Shown piece after piece: positions 48,119 through 57,552 of a stretch of 64,000 bases of DNA. The notes under the pieces are model-generated. The model did no database searches. It was given only the letters and a program-made list of their open reading frames with translations, and was not told where the DNA came from. Position 1 is the stretch's first letter. The number at the start of each line of letters is the position of its first letter. A program made the translations under genes and the position numbers. This stretch comes from Acidobacteriota bacterium (GTDB lineage Bacteria; Acidobacteriota; UBA6911): the NCBI GenBank assembly GCA_016929335.1, contig JAFGIY010000199.1, positions 927 through 64,926 of the forward strand, given 5' to 3'.

Positions 48119-49906
48119 TTGCCTATGCCCCTCTACTCTGACAGTGTATTGGATGAAGTGCGGAGCGCGGTCAATATCGTCTCGCTTGTGTCCGACTATG
48201 TTGCACTCAAAAAGCGAGGCAGAAATTACGTAGCCCGATGTCCGTTCCATACGGAGAAAACGCCCTCATTCAATGTCAGTGAAGAGAAGCAAATCTTCAT
48301 GTGCTTCGGCTGCGGACAGGGTGGTGACGTGTTCCGTTTTGTCATGCAGATCGAGCATCTTTCGTTCCCTGAAGCCGTCCGCTTTATTGCCGATCGGTAC
48401 AATATCAAACTTCCCGAAATTCCCGATTCAAGCAGTTCCCCGGACACTGCCATCAAAACGGATGTTTTGCGCAAAGCGATGACTGAAGCTGTTGCCCTGT
48501 ATCATCGCTGCCTGATCGACTCTCAGGAAGGACAGTCCGCCCTGAAATATCTGCTTGACCGGGGCGTCGCGCGAGAAACCATCGCGCGACTTCAGCTGGG
48601 CTACTCGCCGGCCGGAGGCGATGCCTTGATCGAGTCGATGAAGAAACAAGGCTTCGCAATCCAGGTGCTGGAGGCATGCGGGCTCGTCAAGCGATCGGAT
48701 GACGGAGCCCGGCTCTATGACAGTTTCCGCGAGCGTATCATGTTTCCCATCACCGACATTCAGGGGAGAACGGTTGCGTTCGGCGCGCGGACGATGGGAG
48801 ACCGGCAACCGAAGTATTTGAATTCGCCGGAGACCAAGCTCTATAATAAAAGCCGTAACCTTTATGGTTTAAGCTTCTCCAAGGAAGCGATCAAGGTCCG
48901 TGACCAGGCTGTACTGGTTGAGGGATACATGGATTTTGTAATCCCTTTCCAGCATGGCGTGGAAAATGTGGTTGCTTCTCTCGGAACAAGCTTGACGCCG
49001 CAGCAGGTGGAATTACTGGGCCGCTATTCGCGCGAGGTAGTCGTAAGTTACGACCCGGATTCGGCCGGGCTTGCGGCTGCCCAAAGGTCTTTGGACCTGT
49101 TTTTGGAGGGGGATTTCCGAGTTAGGGTGCTTCGGCTTCCTGCTGGACAGGATCCGGATGTATTCGTGCGTACCGCCGGACCCGAAGCATACCAGGCCCG
49201 GGTGCGAGAGTCCGTTCCCTACCTGGAATTTGTGCTTGAAGCGGCTATTCGGAAACAGGGCGCCCTGGACGACCCTAAGAAAAAGGTTCAAGTCGTGAAC
49301 GCTGTCCTGCCCTACTTGGCCAAACTGCCCAGTGCGGTCGAACGGTCGGATTATGTATTTCAGTTTGCCCGCAGGTTGGGAATTGAAGACCAGCAGCTGC
49401 TGGCGGAGACAAAACGTGCGGCCCAGCAAAAGAGAACTCGGCTGGCCGAGGATTCCGTCTCATCGGCAGTTTCGATGAAATTTGCGGAGAAAAGGCTCCT
49501 CCAGTTGCTGTTGAACAATCCCGGATTACAGAATGAAATTCTTCCTCTCTGCACAAAACTTGATTTTGAGGGCTTGGCGTCGGGAAAAATTTTCTCCATA
49601 CTATTGGATGGTTTCGGTCACAGTCAGATCGTGACATACGAATACCTGCACCGGCAATTGGCAGGTGAAGCCGAACAGGCGTTGCTGGCTCAATTGGAAA
49701 TCGAGGAAGTGCCCGAGATTCCGTCGAAGGACACGGCGGAGAGTTCATTGAACGCTTTGAGGACAATGAGGCTGGCATCCTATAAACAGAAAATCATAAC
49801 CGGGATCGCCGAAGCGGCCGAGCGGAATGACGAGGAGACGCTGAATAAGCTGATCGAAGAGCGGGTTCTTGTGGATCGCAGATTAGTCAGCCTATCCAGG
49901 AAATAG
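48119..49906 (+). CDS. dnaG: DNA primase
   Basis: 595 aa with the zinc finger CPFHTEKTPSFNV...CFGCGQGGDVFRF and a TOPRIM region (LVEGYMDFV, VSYDPDSAG). Confidence 0.95.
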   Translation: MPMPLYSDSVLDEVRSAVNIVSLVSDYVALKKRGRNYVARCPFHTEKTPSFNVSEEKQIFMCFGCGQGGDVFRFVMQIEHLSFPEAVRFIADRYNIKLPEIPDSSSSPDTAIKTDVLRKAMTEAVALYHRCLIDSQEGQSALKYLLDRGVARETIARLQLGYSPAGGDALIESMKKQGFAIQVLEACGLVKRSDDGARLYDSFRERIMFPITDIQGRTVAFGARTMGDRQPKYLNSPETKLYNKSRNLYGLSFSKEAIKVRDQAVLVEGYMDFVIPFQHGVENVVASLGTSLTPQQVELLGRYSREVVVSYDPDSAGLAAAQRSLDLFLEGDFRVRVLRLPAGQDPDVFVRTAGPEAYQARVRESVPYLEFVLEAAIRKQGALDDPKKKVQVVNAVLPYLAKLPSAVERSDYVFQFARRLGIEDQQLLAETKRAAQQKRTRLAEDSVSSAVSMKFAEKRLLQLLLNNPGLQNEILPLCTKLDFEGLASGKIFSILLDGFGHSQIVTYEYLHRQLAGEAEQALLAQLEIEEVPEIPSKDTAESSLNALRTMRLASYKQKIITGIAEAAERNDEETLNKLIEERVLVDRRLVSLSRK

Positions 49907-49927
49907 CAGGGAAAGGAGACATCAGTC

Positions 49928-51622
49928 TTGTCTATCGAGGAAAAGTACGACGAAGTAAAAGAGCTCATCCTTATGGGTAAAGAGCGCGGTTATCTGCTTT
50001 ATGACGAGGTAAACGATCTTCTGCCCGAAGGCATATGCTCCTCTGATGAACTGGACAGCATTTTCTCCCTTTTTGGCTCTGCCGGCATCGAGGTGATCGA
50101 TACCGAGCAGAAATTTCAGGACGACGGAAAGAGGGAAGACAAGAGGGATGAAAATGCCGGAGAAGAAAGTGAGTTTGATTTCGGAGCCCTCAATCTGGAT
50201 AAGACCAACGACCCTGTCCGGTTATACCTGCGAGAAATGGGGACCGTACCGCTCCTGAGCCGCGAAGGGGAAGTGGAAATCGCGAAACGGGTTGAGCATG
50301 GGCAGAGAGTCATTCTGAAAGCATTATCCCGCTCCCCGCTCGTAGTCCAGGAAATACTCAATATCGGAGACCAGCTCAAGAAGAAGCAGATATCCATTCG
50401 GGATGTGATCAATTTCAATGAAGACGAAATCACCGACGACCGGCTGGAAGAAAAGGCGCTCGCTCTCCTGGGAGTCATCGACAGCATCCGAAAACACGAA
50501 CGCGCCGCCTATAAGATCCGTCTCAAGCTCAGCAAATGCCGGCGAGGATCGCGCTTGTATAAGAAGCACCTTTCCATGATAGCGCGATACCGCATTCCCA
50601 TTGCCTGGAAGGTGCGTGACCTGGAGCTCAACAATCTTCAGCATGAACGGCTGATCGGCGTCATCAAGCAAACCGTCGATAAAGTGGTGGCTTTCGAGCG
50701 GGAGATTCACAAGCTGAGTAAGAGCCTGGAGACTCCCCGCCGGTTGGACGATGCCAAAGGAATCAAGAAAAGAGTCAAACAGCTTGAGGTCCAGCTGCGA
50801 CAAATTGAGAGCGATGCGTTTGCTTCGGCCTCCGAATTGAAGCGAACCCTTGCAACGATCCGGTCCGGAGAACTCGAGGCGGATATCGCCAAGAAGGAAC
50901 TGGTCGAAGCGAACCTGAGATTGGTGGTATCGATCGCTAAAAAATACACCAATCGGGGTCTGCAGTTTCTGGACCTGATACAGGAAGGGAATATCGGCCT
51001 GATGAAGGCGGTTGATAAATTCGAGTACCGGCGCGGATACAAGTTTTCCACCTATGCTACATGGTGGATCCGGCAGGCCATCACACGCGCCATCGCCGAC
51101 CAGGCCCGCACGATCCGGATCCCCGTCCATATGATCGAAACCATCAACAAGTTGATCCGCACATCGCGCAGCCTGGTGCAGGAATATGGCCGTGAACCTA
51201 CCAGCGACGAGATTGCGAAGAAGATGGATTTCCCGGTGAGCAAGGTTCGCAAAATACTCAAAATCGCCCAGGAGCCCATAAGCCTTGAAACGCCTATCGG
51301 CGAGGAAGAAGACAGCCATCTGGGCGATTTCATCGAAGACCGCGGAGTGATTTCCCCCGCGGAGGCCGTTATCAACATCAACCTGAAAGAGCAGACGGAA
51401 TCGGTCCTCAAAACGCTGACTCCGCGTGAAGAACAGGTCATCAAAATGCGGTTCGGCCTTGGCGACGGCAGTGAACATACGCTTGAGGAAGTGGGCCAGC
51501 GTTTCTCCGTCACGCGCGAAAGAATCCGGCAGATCGAAGCAAAGGCTTTGCGCAAATTGCGGCATCCCTCACGCAGCAGGATGTTGATGGCTTTCCTCGA
51601 AGGCACCGCCGTTCGCGATTAG
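49928..51622 (+). CDS. rpoD: RNA polymerase primary sigma factor RpoD
   Basis: 564 aa, directly downstream of dnaG: [85 protein letters not shown] and [29 protein letters not shown]. The TTG start lies 8 nt after AAGGAG. Confidence 0.97.
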   Translation: MSIEEKYDEVKELILMGKERGYLLYDEVNDLLPEGICSSDELDSIFSLFGSAGIEVIDTEQKFQDDGKREDKRDENAGEESEFDFGALNLDKTNDPVRLYLREMGTVPLLSREGEVEIAKRVEHGQRVILKALSRSPLVVQEILNIGDQLKKKQISIRDVINFNEDEITDDRLEEKALALLGVIDSIRKHERAAYKIRLKLSKCRRGSRLYKKHLSMIARYRIPIAWKVRDLELNNLQHERLIGVIKQTVDKVVAFEREIHKLSKSLETPRRLDDAKGIKKRVKQLEVQLRQIESDAFASASELKRTLATIRSGELEADIAKKELVEANLRLVVSIAKKYTNRGLQFLDLIQEGNIGLMKAVDKFEYRRGYKFSTYATWWIRQAITRAIADQARTIRIPVHMIETINKLIRTSRSLVQEYGREPTSDEIAKKMDFPVSKVRKILKIAQEPISLETPIGEEEDSHLGDFIEDRGVISPAEAVININLKEQTESVLKTLTPREEQVIKMRFGLGDGSEHTLEEVGQRFSVTRERIRQIEAKALRKLRHPSRSRMLMAFLEGTAVRD

Positions 51623-51647
51623 CAAAGAGAAAACTGCGAAGCAGACA

Positions 51648-51690
51648 AAATGCACGAAGAATTCTTTTGAGTTTTTCGTGCATTTCGTGT
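51648..51690 (+). terminator. rpoD-distal hairpin built from TTCGTG 9-mer family sequence
   Basis: AAATGCACGAA (51648..51658) and TTCGTGCATTT (51675..51685) form an 11-bp perfect stem. The right side reads TTCGTGCAT|TTCGTGTTT (period 9). Confidence 0.5.
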
Positions 51691-51727
51691 TTATAGGTAA
51701 TAGTCTGCCTGAACGGGAGGGATCACC

Positions 51728-52513
51728 GTGGCCAAGAAAAAGCTCGATAAGAAGTTCTACGAAGAAGAACTGGCGCGTTTGCAGATCGAACTGGTGAAGC
51801 TTGAAGAATGGGTCAAGCATGAAGGCTTGAAGGTAATTATCATCTTCGAAGGACGGGACGCCGCGGGCAAGGGTGGTGTGATCAAGAGAATCACAGAGAG
51901 CCTCAATCCAAGATATTGCCGCGTGGAAGCGCTCGGTACGCCAACGGAACGGGAAAAAACCCAATGGTATTTCCAGCGATATGTATCCCGGCTGCCCGCC
52001 GCCGGGGAGATGGTCCTGTTCGACCGCAGCTGGTACAACCGCGCCGGAGTCGAACGCGTCATGGGTTTTTGCACGGAAGCGGAGTATGTGGAATTTTTCC
52101 GATCCTGTCCCGAGTTCGAGCGTATGCTTATCCGGTCCGGCATCATTCTGATCAAGTACTGGTTTTCCGTGAGTGATGAAGAGCAGGAAGCGCGATTCCA
52201 GGCCAGAATGAAGGATCCGACCAAAAGGTGGAAGCTCAGCCCGATGGATCTGGCATCCAGGGCCAAGTGGGTCGATTACTCCCGTGCAAAGGATGAAATG
52301 TTCGCTCACACGGATATCAAGCAGGCTCCGTGGTATGTGGTGGACGCGGATGATAAGAGGCGGGCGCGGCTGAATTGCATCCACCACCTTCTCAGCATGA
52401 TTCCGTACAGGGATATGACTCCCTCCCGCATCAAGCTTCCTCCCCGGCAAAAAGACAACAGCTATGTCCGTCCTCCGATGACGGATCAGAATTTTGTGCC
52501 GGAGGTTTATTGA
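51728..52513 (+). CDS. ppk2: Polyphosphate kinase 2
   Basis: 261 aa: IIFEGRDAAGKGG (Walker A), FDRSWYNR and SPMD motifs. The GTG start follows GGGAGGGA. Confidence 0.93.
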   Translation: MAKKKLDKKFYEEELARLQIELVKLEEWVKHEGLKVIIIFEGRDAAGKGGVIKRITESLNPRYCRVEALGTPTEREKTQWYFQRYVSRLPAAGEMVLFDRSWYNRAGVERVMGFCTEAEYVEFFRSCPEFERMLIRSGIILIKYWFSVSDEEQEARFQARMKDPTKRWKLSPMDLASRAKWVDYSRAKDEMFAHTDIKQAPWYVVDADDKRRARLNCIHHLLSMIPYRDMTPSRIKLPPRQKDNSYVRPPMTDQNFVPEVY

Positions 52514-52519
52514 GAGCAG

Positions 52520-52572
52520 CCACGAATTTCACGAAATCAACTTCGTGAAATTCGTGGCGCCGAAATTCGTGG
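52520..52572. repeat. Perfect 16-bp hairpin of the CACGAANNN 9-mer family plus an extra third arm
   Basis: CCACGAATTTCACGAA (52520..52535), loop ATCAAC, then TTCGTGAAATTCGTGG (52542..52557). A further GAAATTCGTGG follows at 52562..52572. Confidence 0.9.
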
Positions 52573-52634
52573 CCTTGAAATTCCTCCCAAATCCAAATAT
52601 CCTGCCTTTTCACATTTCATGATTGGATGAATAG

Positions 52635-55622
52635 GTGGCTTATCGAATAGAGATAGGACTCATGCGGGGAATCCGGGATGCGCGCGGCCGCGCCATGGTT
52701 GCCAGGACCCGGCGTTTTCTTCGCCTGCCGGTCCATACATGCCAGACGCGGGACATCTACAAGGTGGATGTTTCCCTTTCACCCGGAGAATTGCGGCAGG
52801 TTCAGAAAGCCTTTGCAGATCCCGTCACATCGCGGTCCGCGCTGGGCCGGCTGCCGCCGCCCGTTTTCGACTGGATGGTTGAAGTCGGTTTCAAGCCCGG
52901 CGTGACCGACAACGTCGGGACCACGGCCAAAGCAGTTGTCCAGGATTTACTCGACCGCCCGCTGGATTCACTCGAATCCGTCTATACTTCCATCCAGTAC
53001 TTTATCCGCGGTCGGCTTTCAAGGGAGGATGCCTGGCATATAGCCGGAGATTTGCTGGCGAATCCCTTGATCCATACCATGCAAGTCTTCTCCGCGGCAG
53101 AATGGATTGTCGCGCCTGTGGACGATTCCGTCCCGGTAATCCGCGAAACCGCCAATATCCAGGTCGGATCCTATGATCTGAGCGGGCCGGATGAAGAACT
53201 CCTTCGCATCAGCAGCGAAGGAATTCTGTCGCTGAGCCTTGATGAAATGCACTCGATCCGCGATTACTTCGCTCTGCCCGCCGTGCGGCAATCGCGTACC
53301 GCACTCGGACTGCCGGAGCGGCCGACCGACGTCGAAATGGAATGCATCGCCCAGACCTGGTCGGAGCACTGCAAACACAAAATATTCGCCGGCCGCGTGC
53401 ACTACGTGGATGAATCAGGGCGCGAGGAGTGGATCGATTCTCTCTTTAAAACATACATCCGCGCAGCCACGGCGAAAATCGGGGAAGAGATCGACTGGCT
53501 GGTCTCGGTCTTCAGCGATAATGCAGGGATTATCCGGTTCAATGAACACTACAATATCGCCTATAAAGTTGAGACTCACAATTCACCGTCCGCTCTGGAT
53601 CCGTATGGAGGTGCCATCACAGGAATTGTAGGCGTAAACCGCGATCCCATGGGGACCGGCATGGGTTGCGAGATGCTGACGAATGTATGGGGCTATTGCC
53701 TGGGATCTCCCTTCCATCCCGGTGATCTGCCCGAAGGCTTGATGCACCCGAGACGCATCCGGGACGGCGTGCATCAGGGCGTTATCGATGGAGGGAACCA
53801 GAGCGGCATTCCCTATTCGCGCGGATTTGAGCGCTTTGATGAACGCTATATCGGCCAGCCCCTGGTGTACTGCGGGACGGTCGGGCGCATTCCGCGCATC
53901 CTTCAGAACCGGCCCTCCGAGCGAAAGGAAATTGTTCCCGGCGATTTTATCGTGATGTGCGGCGGCCGCATCGGCAAAGACGGAATCCATGGCGCCACTT
54001 TTTCCTCCGAAGAGCTGCGGAAGGAATCTCCCGCGCAGGCTGTTCAGATCGGCGACCCGATTACACAGCGCAAGATGTATGAATTCCTGATGGAAGCCCG
54101 TGATCTGGGCCTGTATCGCGCAATCACCGACAATGGCGCCGGCGGGCTCAGTTCGTCTGTCGGTGAGATGAGCAGGCTGAGCGGCGGAGCGGATCTCGAT
54201 CTGGCAAAGGCGCCGCTCAAGTATGAGGGATTACAGCCGTGGGAGATTTTCCTTTCCGAAGCCCAGGAACGCATGTCTCTCGCCGTCCCTCCTGAAAACC
54301 TGGAGGCTTTGCTGGCTCTTGCCGCTCGCCGCGAAGTGGAAGCCACCGCACTGGGAACCTTTACCGCCGGCGGTTCCCTCATTGTGCGCTACGGAGAACG
54401 GGTGGTCGCCTGCCTTGACCTCGATTTCCTGCATGAAGGCGGTCCGCGCCTGCAGCTGGAAGCGCGATGGGAGCCGCCGCAAATCGCCGCTCCCAAAATG
54501 CCGCGACGGGGATTGCGCAACCGGCATCTGACGGGACTTCTCCGGTCGCTGAACGTCTGCTCGAAGGAGTACAAATCGAGGCAGTATGACGGAGAAGTGA
54601 AAGGCTTGAGCGTTGTGAAGCCCTTCGTTGGCGTGAACTGCGACGTTCCCAGCGACGCAACGGTTATGATGGTGGAGCACGGATGCCGCGAAGGGATTGT
54701 CCTTGCGGAAGGCATCAATCCTTTTTATTCCGACCTGGATACGTATCACATGATGGCGAGCGCCATCGACGAGGCTGTGCGCCGCGTGATCAGCGTGGGC
54801 GGCAGGCTCGGAAAGATCGCGGGTCTGGATAATTTCTGCTGGCCCGATCCCGTGCTTTCGGAGAAGACGCCGGACGGCCTCTACAAAATGGCGCAACTTG
54901 TGCGCGCCAACAAGGCGCTCTATGATGTCACCACCGGTTTTAAAGTTCCCGCCATTTCCGGCAAAGACAGCACGAAAAATGATTCGGTGCGCGGCGGGCG
55001 GAAAATCTCGATTCCTCCAACGGTGCTGTTCTCAGCAATCGGCAGGATCGACGATGTCGGGTGCGCAATCACCATGCATTTCAAAGAGGCCGGCGATTTC
55101 ATCTACGTGGTGGGTGCGACGAACGATGAACTCGGAGGCTCCGAATTTTCCCGCATGATCGCTCGGGAACAGGGGACCCCGGCTTCTTACGGCGGTCACG
55201 TCCCTAAGGTGAATATTGAACGTGCCCTGGCCGTCTATCGCGCCATGAATGAAGCCGTGGCAGCCGGCCTGCTTCATTCATCGCATACGCCGACGCTCGG
55301 CGGATTGGCCGTTGCCTTCGCGCTCCCGGCCATCGGCGGTGAACTGGGCGCCGAAATTGACCTGTCAGTTCTGGCCTGTGATGGCGCTCTTGATGATGAT
55401 GTGAAGCTGTTTTCCGAGTCCAACAGCCGTTTTGTTGTTACCTGCGCTGCGGAAAATGAATCTGCACTCGAAGGATTATTCCGAAGCGTGCCATTCTCAC
55501 GTGTCGGCAGAGTTACGGCAGAGAAGCGGCTTCGCATCGCCGGCGCCGATGGTCGCAGACTGGTGGATTCGGATATCGATGCGCTCCGGCGCGCATTCAA
55601 GGAAACACTGCATGCCGTCTAA
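52635..55622 (+). CDS. purL: Phosphoribosylformylglycinamidine synthase, PurS-like N-terminal repeats fused to PurL
   Basis: 995 aa. The first ~170 aa form two PurS-like modules. The PurL core follows (QTWSEHCKHKIF, VETHNSPSALDPYGGA, GNQSGIP and two AIR-synthase-like halves). The GTG start is uncertain. Confidence 0.93.
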   Translation: MAYRIEIGLMRGIRDARGRAMVARTRRFLRLPVHTCQTRDIYKVDVSLSPGELRQVQKAFADPVTSRSALGRLPPPVFDWMVEVGFKPGVTDNVGTTAKAVVQDLLDRPLDSLESVYTSIQYFIRGRLSREDAWHIAGDLLANPLIHTMQVFSAAEWIVAPVDDSVPVIRETANIQVGSYDLSGPDEELLRISSEGILSLSLDEMHSIRDYFALPAVRQSRTALGLPERPTDVEMECIAQTWSEHCKHKIFAGRVHYVDESGREEWIDSLFKTYIRAATAKIGEEIDWLVSVFSDNAGIIRFNEHYNIAYKVETHNSPSALDPYGGAITGIVGVNRDPMGTGMGCEMLTNVWGYCLGSPFHPGDLPEGLMHPRRIRDGVHQGVIDGGNQSGIPYSRGFERFDERYIGQPLVYCGTVGRIPRILQNRPSERKEIVPGDFIVMCGGRIGKDGIHGATFSSEELRKESPAQAVQIGDPITQRKMYEFLMEARDLGLYRAITDNGAGGLSSSVGEMSRLSGGADLDLAKAPLKYEGLQPWEIFLSEAQERMSLAVPPENLEALLALAARREVEATALGTFTAGGSLIVRYGERVVACLDLDFLHEGGPRLQLEARWEPPQIAAPKMPRRGLRNRHLTGLLRSLNVCSKEYKSRQYDGEVKGLSVVKPFVGVNCDVPSDATVMMVEHGCREGIVLAEGINPFYSDLDTYHMMASAIDEAVRRVISVGGRLGKIAGLDNFCWPDPVLSEKTPDGLYKMAQLVRANKALYDVTTGFKVPAISGKDSTKNDSVRGGRKISIPPTVLFSAIGRIDDVGCAITMHFKEAGDFIYVVGATNDELGGSEFSRMIAREQGTPASYGGHVPKVNIERALAVYRAMNEAVAAGLLHSSHTPTLGGLAVAFALPAIGGELGAEIDLSVLACDGALDDDVKLFSESNSRFVVTCAAENESALEGLFRSVPFSRVGRVTAEKRLRIAGADGRRLVDSDIDALRRAFKETLHAV

Positions 55623-56412
55623 AATACCAGTGCTCATCATCACCGGATATGGTCTTAACTGCGAAGATGAGTCGAGGTACGCCTGGGAATTGGCAGGCGG
55701 CCGGCCGACGCTCATTCATCTCAACGACCTGATCGAGCGTCCTTCGCGCCTTCAGGACTTCGCTGCGCTGATGTTTATCGGGGGATTTGCCTACGGGGAC
55801 CACATGACCTCCGGCCACGTATTCGCTCTGCGCATTAAACACAGATTAAGCGGGGAACTGGAGAAGTTCATCAGCCGGGAGAAGCTGATTCTGGGAGCCT
55901 GCAACGGATTTCAGATCATGGTAAAGCTTGGATTGCTTCCCGGGCTGGATGGCGATTATTTCACTCAGAAGCTTTCCATCATCCAGAACGACTGCGGCAT
56001 GTTTCAGGACCGCTGGGTGCGCCTGCGCTTTGAAGCCGCTTCTCCCTGCGTCTTTACCCGCGGCCTGGATTCCATCGATCTCCCGGTCCGACACGGCGAG
56101 GGCAAAGTGTTTACCCGCGACAAAAAGTTCCTGCAGCGTATCGAGATGTCGGGATGTGTGCCGTGCCGCTACGCAAATGCTTCGACCGGAGAACCGACCC
56201 GGGAATTTCCGCATAATCCGAACGGCGCACTGAACGCCATCGCCGGTTTATGCGATCCTACCGGCCGGATTTTCGGGCTGATGCCCCATCCGGAAGCGTA
56301 CCTGTATCCGGAAAGCCATCCGCAGTGGGATGTCCAGAAGTTGCGTGGAACACTGCCGCAGCAGGGATCAGGTCTGTCTTTCTTCCAAAACGCGGTCCAT
56401 TATCTGAGTTGA
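55612..56412 (+). CDS. purQ: Phosphoribosylformylglycinamidine synthase subunit PurQ (glutaminase)
   Basis: The internal ATG of ORF 55432..56412 gives MPSKIPVLIITGYGLNCEDE.... It has GACNGFQ (nucleophile Cys) and MPHPE. It overlaps the purL stop by 11 nt. Confidence 0.93.
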   Translation: MPSKIPVLIITGYGLNCEDESRYAWELAGGRPTLIHLNDLIERPSRLQDFAALMFIGGFAYGDHMTSGHVFALRIKHRLSGELEKFISREKLILGACNGFQIMVKLGLLPGLDGDYFTQKLSIIQNDCGMFQDRWVRLRFEAASPCVFTRGLDSIDLPVRHGEGKVFTRDKKFLQRIEMSGCVPCRYANASTGEPTREFPHNPNGALNAIAGLCDPTGRIFGLMPHPEAYLYPESHPQWDVQKLRGTLPQQGSGLSFFQNAVHYLS

Positions 56413-56433
56413 CGTTTGTTCTGCAGCATTCAG

Positions 56434-56450
56434 CCACGAATTGCACGAAT
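56434..56450. repeat. CACGAANNN 9-mer family half-site (left bracket of the 56534..57454 gene)
   Basis: CCACGAATTGCACGAAT matches the reverse complement of 57460..57476 (CCACGAATTTCACGAAT) at 16 of 17 positions. Confidence 0.8.
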
Positions 56451-56533
56451 AGATCGGCAGGATCACGGCTGTCTTCCGCCGCGTCCTGTATTGTGAACGC
56501 GGATGTGGTATACAAAAAGGAGGAGGGGCCGCT

Positions 56534-57454
56534 ATGATAGAAAAATTGCGGGCATGGGCAGAACAGCGGGGCTATCGCGTCGCGTGGGGACCGGGATCGG
56601 TGGTTGAGCGCGTGCAGCAGGAGATTGCCAGGCGGAGGTCCTGCCAGGAGATTGATCCGCGTTTTTTCGAGAGTCAATTGGAATCTCTGGTTGGAAAAGA
56701 GAACAGGCGCATCGCGGGGAGCGTGGTCGTTATCGCCAAGCCGCGGCCCGCGCACAGTGTCCGCTTTAATATCGATGGCAAGGATTTCGATGCCCTGCTT
56801 CCTCCTACCTATTTCCGCTATCGGGCGACATTCGAAGACGTTCGAATGGATATCGCAGAACACGGCCTCCCCGGTGTGCAGATTGAATATCTTCAAGCGC
56901 CGCTTAAGGCGACAGCCGGCTGTCTTGGATTAGTGCAATATGGCCGGAACAATATCAGCTATGCTCCCGGCATTGGAAGCTACATGCAGCTTTGCGGATA
57001 TTGGGTGGATGTTTTGCTCCCCCCGATGGAGGAGGACATTCCTGCAGCTCCATCGCTGCTCCCGCAATGCGAGAATTGCGGCATTTGCGGCAGCGTGTGT
57101 CCGACGGAGGCAATTTCGGAGGACCGCGTGTTGATCCGGGCGGAGCGATGCCTGACCCTCATGAATGAAAATCCCGGTGATTGGCCGGATTGGGTGAATC
57201 CCGGCGCTCACAATTGCCTATTGGGTTGCCTGGAATGCCAGCGCTGCTGCCCGGCAAATCCGGATTTGCCCGTCGAATCCACAGGTCTGGTCTTTTCGGC
57301 TGCTGAAACGCGAATACTCCTTTCGGACGAATCCACTCCGGATGATCGTGCTGAAACCGGTATCCGCATGAAGCTCGCCTGGCTGGGCCAGCCTTATGTG
57401 GAATCCATCTTAGGCAGAAATCTGTTTGCCCTCACCCGGTCGAAGTATTTCTAG
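56534..57454 (+). CDS. 4Fe-4S dicluster protein of the epoxyqueuosine reductase (QueG) / reductive dehalogenase-like family
   Basis: 306 aa with a GGAGGAGG RBS. It has CENCGICGSVCPTEAI and CLECQRCCPAN, and a preceding LKATAGCLGLVQYGRNN segment like QueG. It is shorter than canonical QueG and has no HEAT-like tail. Confidence 0.65.
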   Translation: MIEKLRAWAEQRGYRVAWGPGSVVERVQQEIARRRSCQEIDPRFFESQLESLVGKENRRIAGSVVVIAKPRPAHSVRFNIDGKDFDALLPPTYFRYRATFEDVRMDIAEHGLPGVQIEYLQAPLKATAGCLGLVQYGRNNISYAPGIGSYMQLCGYWVDVLLPPMEEDIPAAPSLLPQCENCGICGSVCPTEAISEDRVLIRAERCLTLMNENPGDWPDWVNPGAHNCLLGCLECQRCCPANPDLPVESTGLVFSAAETRILLSDESTPDDRAETGIRMKLAWLGQPYVESILGRNLFALTRSKYF

Positions 57455-57459
57455 CCTGC

Positions 57460-57476
57460 ATTCGTGAAATTCGTGG
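57460..57476. repeat. CACGAANNN 9-mer family half-site (right bracket)
   Basis: ATTCGTGAAATTCGTGG starts 6 nt after the stop at 57454. It is followed by a small palindrome, TTAATTGCCGCAATTAA. Confidence 0.8.
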
Positions 57477-57552
57477 CTGGTTAATTGCCGCAATTAATCT
57501 GATGCCTGCGATCCGAACTCCTCTTGAAGATCTGCAATTCGGAAATCGAGGT

